Assembly: GCF_006345805.1 (NCBI RefSeq)
Contig: NW_021825371.1
Coordinates: forward strand, 1-15,699
Source: Octopus sinensis
Lineage: Eukaryota
DNA length: 15,699 nucleotides
Reading direction: 5' to 3'
The translations under genes and the position numbers were made by a program. This document shows positions 1-7,494 of the stretch, in pieces. Below the pieces are notes generated by a model. That model was not told the origin of the DNA, did no database searches, and saw only the letters and a list, made by a program, of their open reading frames with translations. Numbering within the stretch: the first letter of the stretch is position 1; every line of letters starts with the position of its first letter.

Positions 1-94
1 AAGTCACTTGCCCAAGTTGCCAATCTTAATTTTGAAAAATTATAGAAGTATAAAAATACCGCATTATTTATGGGATGACGTAATATATAAATAA

Positions 95-148
95 ATGTAT
101 GTATGTATGTATGTATGTATGTATGTATGTATGTATGTATGTATGTAT
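95..148. repeat. (ATGT)n tetranucleotide microsatellite
   Basis: Perfect ATGT run read directly; it produces the MYVC-repeat ORF at 99..320. Confidence 0.97.
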
Positions 149-336
149 ACGTCGGTGTTGTGTGGTTCCGGTTGTGCGTAGGTTCACCGGAACACGTGTG
201 CAAATATGTAACGTTATAATAATAACGATGACAAAAAATGAAGATTATAAGGGAAACTCCATTAAATCTAATTATTTCTCCTCGAAAGTTTTTAATATAT
301 TTGGGAAACTGGGTATTTAATAAATTGAAAATCAGG

Positions 337-525
337 TGGAGAGTGCAAAAAGAATGAGAAAAGGAGAGTACAAGGAAATATGAGACAGTTAGTCATAAGA
401 GGAGGAGAGCAAATGAGAGACTGTAAAGGAGTGTGAGAGGAACAGTGTGAGAGAGGGGAGGGGGACAAAATGGAAGTTTTTAACAGGTAAGAAATAGAAG
501 GAAATAAAGGAGAGAATGTACAGAG
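337..525. other. Purine-rich (GA-rich) low-complexity tract
   Basis: Strong A/G bias on the + strand; all three + frames hit stop codons. Confidence 0.6.
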
Positions 526-574
526 ATTTGTATCTAGGTTATGTATAACCCAGACACACACGCACACAAATACA

Positions 575-765
575 TCTTTTACTGGCTTTAGTCATTTCAC
601 TGCGGCCATGCTGGAGCACCGTCTTGGTAGGTTTTTAGTCGAACAAGTCTGCCCGAGTGCTTATTTTTGTTCTATCGGTCTCGTTTACTGAGCATCTAAA
701 TTATGGGGATGTAAACAAACCAATACCAGTTGTTAAGCATTTACGGGGGACAAACAGACACTCAT
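575..765 (-). mobile_element. SINE family A, diverged 3' half
   Basis: Reverse complement matches the family A tail (GGTGCTCCAGCATGGCCGCAGT...GACT...GTAAAAGA) seen in the + copies. Confidence 0.85.
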
Positions 766-845
766 ACATCTATGTGTGAGCATTTTACAAATACATACAT
801 TATATATATACGTGTGAGTGAGTGTGTGTGTGTGGATGTGTTGTT

Positions 846-1018
846 GCAGGTATGGCTGTGTGGTAAGTAGCTTGCTTCCCAAGCACATGGTTCCGGGTTC
901 AGTCCCACTGCGTGGCACCTTGGGCAAGTGTCTTCTACCAAAGCCTTATGAGTGGATTTGGTACACGGAAACTGAAAGAAGCCCGTCGTATGTATATATA
1001 TATATGTGTGTGTGTGTG

Positions 1019-1057
<39 letters not shown>

Positions 1058-1274
1058 TGAGTGAGTGTGTGTGTGTTTGTCCCGCCAACATCGATTGACA
1101 ACCGATGCTGGTGTAATTACTTCCCCTAACTTAAGCGGTTCGGCAAAAGAAAGACCGACAGAATAAGTACTAGGCTTACAAAGAATAATTCCTGGGGTCG
1201 ATTTGCTCGATCGACTAAAGGCGGTGCTCCAGCATGGCCACAGTCGAATGACTGAAACAAGTAAAAGAATAAAG
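846..1274 (+). mobile_element. SINE family A (tRNA-derived head, internal TA/TG microsatellite); tail interrupted by a TIR element
   Basis: A-box-like TGGCTGTGTGG and B-box-like GGTTCAGTCCC are present, followed by CCTTGGGCAAGT and the shared body and tail. It has a 17-bp deletion (TATAGCCTCGGGCCGAC) relative to other copies, at an AC microhomology. The tail resumes at 2208-2220. Confidence 0.93.
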
Positions 1275-1312
1275 GGATCTTTTCGGTTTGACCGGCAGTT
1301 TTTTAACATAAT

Positions 1313-2065
1313 TTCCACGTAACTAAACACTTTTAAACTTCGTATATTGGTAGAATGTGTTTATAAAACATCTTTTTCTCTTGGCTTTATTGAGAAAATT
1401 CTATAGTTTGTTAAATATTTGTAGTTTTTTTCTTCAATTTCTCAAATTTCAACCAATCACTGACGTCTATTGAGGTAAATAACACTGTGCCGTATGAATA
1501 TGTCCCTCGTTTAAGAAATAGATTGGGTTTATTTACATTTGTGAAGAAAAAAAGATACCCTTCTTCCACGTAACTAAACACTTTTAAACTTCGTATACTG
1601 GTGAATGTGTTTATAACATCTTTTTCTCTTGCTTTATTGAGAAAATTATATAGTTTGTAAGATATTTGTAGTTTTTTTTTCTTCATTTCTCAAATTTCAA
1701 CCAATCACTGGCGTCTATTGAGGTAAATAACACTGTGCCGTATGAATATGTCCCTCGTTTAAGAAACAGATTGGGTTTATTTACATTTGTGAAGAAAAAA
1801 AGATACCCTTCTTCCACGTAACTAAACACTTTTAAACTTCGTATACTGGTAGAATGTGTTTATAAAACATCTTTTTCTCTTGGCTTTATTGAGAAAATTA
1901 TATAGTTTGTAAGATATTTGTAGTTTTTTTCTTCAATTTCTCAAATTTCAACCAATCACTGACGTCTATTGAGGTAAATAACACTCTGTGCCGTATGAAT
2001 ATGTCCCTCGTTTAAGAAACAGATTGGGTTTATTTACATTTGTGAAGAAAAAAAAGATACCCTTC
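1313..2065 (+). repeat. Three tandem copies of a ~250-bp unit inside the TIR element
   Basis: TTCCACGTAACTAAACAC starts at 1313, 1564 and 1812; the units are nearly identical and differ mostly by small indels. Confidence 0.97.
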
Positions 2066-2073
2066 TCCCCACT

Positions 2074-2106
2074 CCTAACACTAACCAACCCTAACCCTAA
2101 CCCTAA
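2074..2106 (-). repeat. Interstitial telomere-type repeat (TTAGGG)n
   Basis: Three perfect CCCTAA units at 2089-2106, preceded by degenerate units from 2074. Confidence 0.85.
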
Positions 2107-2533
2107 ACCAGATAGAAATGCAATAGATCGATACTAGGGTCATAATTATGGGTGACAATTTCATATGACACCGCTAAAAAAAACTGCCGTTCAAACCGAA
2201 AAGATCCGAGTAAAGAGTAAACCACAGTGAATGCGATAGTGGCAACGTCTACCTAAGATGGTGTGGAGAACTGGCGGAAATGGTGGCTACGGAGGCGGTG
2301 GGGGGTTTTCTTCGGTTTCGCTATACAGTTGCTGAATGTCATTTTTGTCGTATTGTATGTATATCCTGTTCGCCGTGTTGTTCTTGTTGCTACGGCTGTC
2401 TGGTGGTGGTTATATTGATTTTGTTAACGTCGCCCTAATTGTTGTTATTTTTGCTTATATCGGTTTCAGGCAGTGTTTTTACTTTTTTTCTCTGTGTGTG
2501 AGTGTGTATGGGTGTGTGTGTCTGTGTGTGTTT

Positions 2534-2547
2534 GTCGCCATGACAAC
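2534..2547. promoter_or_regulatory. RFX X-box-like palindromic motif
   Basis: GTCGCCATGACAAC resembles the RFX site GTTGCCATGGCAAC and lies in non-repeat sequence. Motif match only. Confidence 0.3.
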
Positions 2548-2884
2548 GACATCGCTATCAATTTCAAATGCAACGTGTATCTTGAACGCTAGCTGAACAT
2601 TCTGAAAGAAACCGCTCTCTCTCTCTTACTTTCACCGTTAGGCTCTTGCTTTTTCCCTCACTCCCTTGATTTTTAGCGTTGAGCATTATTATTATCACAT
2701 CACTTGACTCCATCTTGTTTTTTTTTTTTTTATTGAAACGTTGATGTTTTGAAAACAGCAAAAATCAAACCATCAAAGCACGCGAAAGAGTGGAAAAACA
2801 GGGAATCTGGGCAAAAAGTTGATTGAAAGTCAGGTACTCTTAACAATAACACGTTTTATTTAAGCACAAAGTCATTGATATTAA

Positions 2885-2940
2885 GTATTTGACTGGTACT
2901 TTATTTATCGACCCTCCAGTGGTGTAAAAGGCGAAGATGA
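2885..2940 (-). mobile_element. SINE family B internal fragment, diverged
   Basis: Reverse complement contains GGGTCGATAAATAAAGTACCAGT, matching the family B core. Confidence 0.7.
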
Positions 2941-2947
2941 ATTCTGC

Positions 2948-3077
2948 AGAGGTCAGTTTTTTTCTTTTCATCCATCTGGAGTCGATAAAATAATATACCA
3001 GTGAAATACTTGGGTCGATGATGTCGCTTAAGTTCACAAACCCTGAAATTTCCTAGCCCTGTGCCTAAATCAGAAAC
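2948..3077 (+). mobile_element. SINE family B 3' part, diverged
   Basis: GAGGTC...TTTCATCC...GTCGATAAAATAA..ACCAGT...GGGTCGAT...CCTGTGCCTAAA follows the order of the family B body and tail. Confidence 0.7.
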
Positions 3078-3096
3078 AACAACAGTAATAATAATA

Positions 3097-3478
3097 GACA
3101 GCAGGAGTGGCTGTGTAGTAAGTAGCTTGCTTACCACCACATGGTTCCGGGTTCAGTCTCATTGCGTGGCACCTTGGGCAAGTGTCTTCTACTATAGCCT
3201 CAGGCCGACCAAAGTCTTGTGAGTGGATTTTGGTAGACAGAAACTGAAAGAAGCCCGTCGTATATATGCATATATGTGTGTGTGTGTCTGTGTTTGTCCC
3301 CCCCAAATCGCTTGACAACCGATGCTGTTGTGTTTACGTCCCCGTAACTTAGCGGTTCGGCATGAGAGACCGATAGAATAAGTGCTAGGCTTACAAAGAA
3401 TGAGTCTTGGGGTCGATTTGCTCGACTAAAGGCGGTGCTCCAGCATGGCCACAGTCAAATGACTGAAACAAGTAAAAA
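3097..3478 (+). mobile_element. SINE family A, full length
   Basis: Head, body, internal TA/TG tract and the GACTGAAACAAGTAAAA tail are all colinear with the other copies. Confidence 0.95.
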
Positions 3479-3482
3479 GGGT

Positions 3483-3770
3483 AACTATAACGATTTGAAG
3501 TGGGAAATACGAAAGCTGTAAAGGGAGTGGACGTGATACTAATAGTGACTGGCACGCTTGGAAAATATCAGCACTCAACTATCAACGTGGCACAAAAAGA
3601 TTGGAAGGTATATAATGCCTGCAACTTCAAGAGTCCTCCGCAGGGTTCTTGAAGCATGACCAGTGAACAAGTGTCACCTTAGTCTGGTGGCTGTGGACAG
3701 CTGATGTCTTCCATCATACCAAGCAGAATAAGCTGAAAGCTTTCATCATATAAAAATAAAAATGATAAAT
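3483..3770 (+). pseudogene. Degenerate 3' end of an R4/Dong-like non-LTR retrotransposon (restriction-like endonuclease C-terminus plus 3' UTR)
   Basis: Frameshifted peptides YNDLKWEIRKL* (3486-3521), VDVILIVTGTLG (3527-3562) and LSTWHKKIG...TSRVLRRVLEA* (3579-3659). These match the KYxDLxxEIxxLW / VxVxPIVxGALG / TARILRRVL pattern I recall for RLE-clade C-termini. Confidence 0.75.
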
Positions 3771-3959
3771 CTTTCGGCTACAAGCACATGGCTTGAAATT
3801 AGGGGGTAAGGGCCTGGTCGATTGCGTCAATCCTAATGCTCAGCTAAGTACTTATTTTATCGACCCCGAAGGGATGAAAGGCAAAGATCGTAAAGGCAGA
3901 CGAAATGCTGCTAAGCATTCTTATGCGGCGTACTTACGACTTTGCCAGCTCACCGCCTT
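3771..3959 (-). mobile_element. SINE family B with an internal deletion
   Basis: Reverse complement starts AAGGCGGTGAGCTGGCAAAGTCG (A-box-like) and lacks the B-box segment; the core CCTTTCATCCCTTCGGGGTCGATAAAATAAGTAC is present. Confidence 0.88.
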
Positions 3960-3960
3960 A

Positions 3961-3998
3961 ATAGTAAAATAATAATAATAATAATAATAATAATAATT
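3961..3998. repeat. (TAA)n microsatellite
   Basis: Read directly. Confidence 0.95.
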
Positions 3999-4000
3999 AA

Positions 4001-4185
4001 TTCGTTTATTGGCCACAAGGGCTGACAAAAATTAATTAAAACATAAAGGGACAAAACACAGGATGGAAGTTAGAAAGGGTTTTGTCCGTTTGCAAAAAAA
4101 CGTGAAAAAATTCCAGAGATAACAACGAAAATATAACAATTGAAATTCCCAATAGGGGGAGGCGCTTCGAAAGGTTACTCGTGGA
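4001..4185 (-). mobile_element. Probable retroelement 3' UTR fragment with a tail resembling one family B tail type
   Basis: TTTATTGGCCACAAGGG...AAACATAAAGGGACAAA resembles the family B tails at 12501-12545; bounded by (TAA)n on both sides. Confidence 0.5.
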
Positions 4186-4248
4186 TAATAATAATAATAA
4201 TAATATAATAATATAATAATAATAATAATAATAACAATAATAATAATG
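4186..4248. repeat. (TAA)n microsatellite, imperfect
   Basis: Read directly. Confidence 0.93.
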
Positions 4249-4267
4249 ATATATTAATATTTATAAT

Positions 4268-4436
4268 GTCAAATTTTTGCGACAAGGGCAGTGCGTAACT
4301 GGTATTTCTTTAAGCGACCCTGAAACGATGAAAGGGCAAATTCGACCTAGGCGGAATTTGAACTTACAACGTAAATACGGACGATATGCCGCAAAGCATT
4401 TCGCCCAGTGCGCTAACGACTCTGCCAGCTCGCCAC
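4268..4436 (-). mobile_element. SINE family B with a 38-bp 3' deletion
   Basis: Reverse complement: GTGGCGAGCTGGCAGAGTCGTTAGC...AGTTCAAATTCCGCC...ACCAGTTACGCACTG|CCCTTGTCGCAAAAATTTGA. Confidence 0.9.

Positions 4437-4437
<1 letters not shown>

Positions 4438-4484
<47 letters not shown>
4438..4484. repeat. (TAA)n microsatellite between two divergent SINEs
   Basis: Read directly. Confidence 0.97.
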
Positions 4485-4485
<1 letters not shown>

Positions 4486-4487
<2 letters not shown>

Positions 4488-4709
4488 GCGGTGAGCTGGC
4501 AGAAATGTTAGCACACCGGACGAAATGCTTAGATGCATTTCGTCCGTATATACGTTCTCAATTCAAATTCCGCCAATGTAAGGTCGACGACTTTGCCTTT
4601 CATTCTTCCGGGGTCAATAAATTGAGTACCAGTTGCGTACTGGGGTCGATCTAATCGACTGGGCCCCTCCCCAAAACTTTCGGGCATTGTGCTTAGAGTA
4701 GAAAAGAAT
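4486..4709 (+). mobile_element. SINE family B, full length
   Basis: A-box-like TGGCAGAAATG, B-box-like TTCAAATTCC, core GCCTTTCATTCTTCCGGGGTCAATAAA, tail TTGTGCTTAGAGTAGAAAAGAAT. Confidence 0.93.
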
Positions 4710-4993
4710 AACAATGATGCTGATGATGACGATGGTTATTATTATCAATAACGAAACAAGTGTGTAGTACTTGCATGAAAATAAAATATATAAAATAGAT
4801 TTTTTAAAATAAATACAAAAAAAAAATATAAACCAATATACAAACAAAAAAGTTGTAGAGACAGAAAAAAAAAATAAAAGAAAATCCGGAAACAAACAAA
4901 AACAATGAAAAATGGTGAACACGTGTGGAATTGAAAGATTCAGAAATGTCTGCAGGGCACTAACGAAACAGACGCGAACAAGAAACAAGAACA

Positions 4994-5047
4994 GGGTGGG
5001 CGATGGGTGGCACACGGGGTGGGCGACGGGTGGCACACGGGGTTGGC
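4994..5047 (+). repeat. 23-bp G-rich tandem repeat, 2.3 copies
   Basis: GGGTGGGCGAYGGGTGGCACACG at 4994-5016 and 5017-5039, then the partial GGGTTGGC. Confidence 0.9.
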
Positions 5048-5094
5048 AAAAATTGGTTCCTGTACAGTTTTCAGTGAAATGCTCTGACTAAATG

Positions 5095-5500
5095 TGTGTA
5101 TGAGTGTGTGTGTCCTCGTATGCATATATAAATGTATACATGAATGTATGTGTGCATGTATCTATGTATGTATGCATGCATGTACGTATGTATGTATGCA
5201 TGTATGTATACATATATATATATGTATGCATGTATGTATGCATATATACATGTACACATGAATGTATGTGTACATGTATTTATGTATGTATGCATGCATG
5301 TATATACATATATGAATGTATGTATGTATGCATGTATGTATATATACATATATATATATGTATGCATGTATGTATGCATATATACATGTACACATGAATG
5401 TATGTGTGCATGTGTTGATGTATGTGTATACGAATGTGTGTGTATGCATGCATCTATGTATGCGTCAAGGTACTTCATGTATTCATGTATGCATGCGTGT
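5095..5500. repeat. Compound (TATG)/(TA)/(CA) microsatellite with ~136-bp higher-order repetition
   Basis: CATATATACATGTACACATGAATGTATGTG recurs at 5241 and 5377. Confidence 0.9.
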
Positions 5501-5562
5501 ATGTATGTCGTTATACACATACAAAGGTTCATTCTAAGCTTTACGGTGTTGTGTGTGTGTAT

Positions 5563-5705
5563 TCTTTTATACATTTACTTGTTTGTCATCGACCCCAGGA
5601 CCCCTAAAGAAATATCAGTTACGCACTGGGGTCGATGTAATCAATTTAATCCCCTACCCCAAGCTGCCCTTGTCGCAAAAATTTGAAATTATAAATATTA
5701 ATATA

Positions 5706-5739
<34 letters not shown>

Positions 5740-6077
5740 CTACGAGTAACCCAGGACTTATTCTTTGTAAGCCTAGTACTTATTCTATCGCTCTCTTTTT
5801 GCCGAACCGCTAAGAGGCCTTAAACACACCGGCATCGGTTGTCAAGCGAATGTTGGGGGGGAGGACAAACACAGGCACGCAAACATACACACACACATAT
5901 ATACATATATACGACGGGCTTCTCTCAGTTTCCGTCTACCAAATCCACTCACAAGGCTTTGGTCGGCCAGAGGATATAGTAGAAGACACCGATTCAAGAT
6001 GCCACGCAGTGAGACTGAACCCGGAACCATGTGGTTGGGAAGCTAACGTCTTACCCCACACAGCCATTCCTGCGCTT
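5563..6077 (-). mobile_element. SINE family A with a 3' internal deletion and a 148-bp insertion
   Basis: Head at 6077 (reverse complement AGCGCAGGAATGGCTG) and body colinear down to 5750. The tail remnant TTTACTTGTTTGTCATCGACCCCAGGAC lies at 5574-5601. Confidence 0.9.
5602..5749 (+). other. Inserted inverted copy of local sequence 4173-4312, flanked by the 8-bp direct repeat CCCAGGAC
   Basis: Manual alignment shows 3 substitutions outside the microsatellite; direct repeats at 5594-5601 and 5750-5757. Confidence 0.85.
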
Positions 6078-6214
6078 ATAAATATATATATATATAGTTT
6101 CCAGTGGGAGACCGTATTTGATGGCACATAAGATTAACAATTTCTATAAAGAAAGTCTCCAAAAACAATCACCCTGGGCCCTGTATATGACGTTGGACCT
6201 CCCATAAGCTTTAA

Positions 6215-6727
6215 TCTATATATATAAAACTGTAGTTGCGTGAGTGACTGTCCCCTTCGATTTAGATTCCTAACTACTCCCACATTTTGCGGTGCAGTTT
6301 AACCAAATTCGGGTATCTTAGAGTCGTGATTCCTATCGAGCCCGTCTGGGTATTAGCGCGCGTCTACGATGAGTCTACGATTTTAAAAATAATTTAACAT
6401 CATTTTTTATTCCATTTTAATGCATAATTTTTCGTGTGTCGATGGCGGCGGAGTTGGCGTCCATGGTCACACCTGCACCTGTTTGCTTCTCCCCCTTCTT
6501 CCCTCCCTCGTGAAGCTGTGGGGAAGGGAGTGTAAGGAAATCGACGTCGTAAAGCGTTGTCAAGGAGACCAGCGTTCTTTTAGAACAACGACTTCATGGC
6601 TTGAAGACACCAAAACAGAAATGGCTAAGAAAGCCCGAATTGACATCTATAAGGGAAGTAACTCTCTAAAAATGCTTATATAGTTATTTCCCTTACAAAC
6701 CCGAGCAATGCCGGGCGATACTGCTAG
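6215..6727 (+). mobile_element. Non-autonomous Helitron, complete (513 bp)
   Basis: Host A then 5' TCTATATATATAAAAC; 3' hairpin CCCG-A-GC-AAT-GC-CGGG (6700-6715); terminal CTAG (6724-6727) followed by host T; no TSD. Confidence 0.9.
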
Positions 6728-6824
6728 TTATCTATAAAACGTGTTCTGAATGTGCGCTGCTGGAATAAGGATGTGTCTTATACGGCCGTGCATAATTTAT
6801 GACAATAAACGTAGCAAAATGAAT

Positions 6825-6965
6825 GAAGGCGCATGGCCTACTTGCAAGGGTGTTGCAATTACGATCACTAGATCGGGTGTTCGATTCCCAGGCCAAGTTG
6901 CACATTGTGTTCTTGAGCAAAGCACTTCATTTCGAGTTGTTCCAGTCCAATCGGCTGTAAATGGC
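6825..6965 (+). mobile_element. Third tRNA-derived SINE family, old copy, with a Meta/MESC-like central domain; 3' limit uncertain
   Basis: GGCGCATGGCCTA (A-box-like) and GTTCGATTCCC (B-box), then TGTGTTCTTGAGCAAAGCACTTCATTTC...CCAGTCCA. Confidence 0.65.
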
Positions 6966-7099
6966 AAACCCTACACGAGTGAGACGGTGACTCCTGAGAA
7001 GCCAACGGAACGGTCGACTCGCGAACCACGTTTCGTATTCAGTGATCGAAACGGTGAATAGCACAACTGGTCGGGATTGGTTGCTCTACCATGTCGAAG

Positions 7100-7414
7100 G
7101 ATGATGATGATGATGATGATGATGAGAATGACGAAGACGATGATGGTGATGATAGTTATGAAGACGACATGACGATGATGGTGATGATGATAATCATGAT
7201 AATTCTGATGATGACTATGTCGATACTGGTGATGATAGTGATGATGATGGTGATGATGATGCTGGTGATGATGATGCTGGTGATGATAGTTATGACGATG
7301 ATGGTGATGATAGTTATGATGATGATGATCATGGTGATAGTGATGATGATCATAATTGTGATGATGATGATGATGATGATGACGTTGATGATGGTGATGA
7401 TGCTTATGATGATG
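7100..7414. repeat. Long degenerate (GAT)n trinucleotide microsatellite
   Basis: Read directly; it generates the poly-D/M and poly-I ORFs. Confidence 0.95.
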
Positions 7415-7494
7415 TTTATCTCCACTCCTTACATGAGGGTGATAAGTATTTCAGTTCCAACAAAGTTGGTGCTGTTGTGTTGTGATACAATCAA

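Larger units (their letters stand above)
1275..2207. mobile_element. Non-autonomous DNA transposon (MITE-like) with 30-bp terminal inverted repeats
   Basis: Left TIR 1275-1304 (GGATCTTTTCGGTTTGACCGGCAGTTTTTT) matches the reverse complement of 2178-2207 at 29/30. Flanks GAATAAAG (1267-1274) and GAGTAAAG (2208-2215) are a possible 8-bp TSD. No transposase ORF. Confidence 0.9.

Noticed and set aside
476-492. Strong donor-like TTTTTAACAG|GTAAGA
   Set aside because: Upstream frames contain stops (including TAA adjacent in phase 0), and the pyrimidine tract is only 5 nt, so neither a coding exon nor a recursive site is well supported.
733-1330. Recurrent peptides such as MPKVPRSGTEPGTM and EDTCPRCHAVGLNPEPC in several ORFs
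   Set aside because: They recur because they translate family A SINE copies, not a protein family.
1411-1686. 91-aa minus-strand ORF inside the TIR element
   Set aside because: No DDE or other transposase motif, and the frame is not preserved across the three repeat units.
2258-2412. Gly-rich + strand mini-ORF (MVWRTGGNGGYGGGGGF...) and Pro-rich minus-strand frame
   Set aside because: Very short, with no supporting splice signals and no recognisable domain.
4486-4580. tRNA-like sequences at SINE heads (also 846, 3097, 6825, 7874, 10414, 11135, 13055)
   Set aside because: They have A and B boxes but no complete cloverleaf and continue into SINE bodies, so they are not tRNA genes.
5071-5686. 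Overlapping ORFs of 73-180 aa rich in M/Y/V/C/H/T
   Set aside because: They are translations of TATG/CA microsatellite, open on both strands because the repeat lacks stop codons.
6420-6683. 87-aa ORF inside the Helitron
   Set aside because: No Rep or helicase motifs and far too short; probably a chance ORF.
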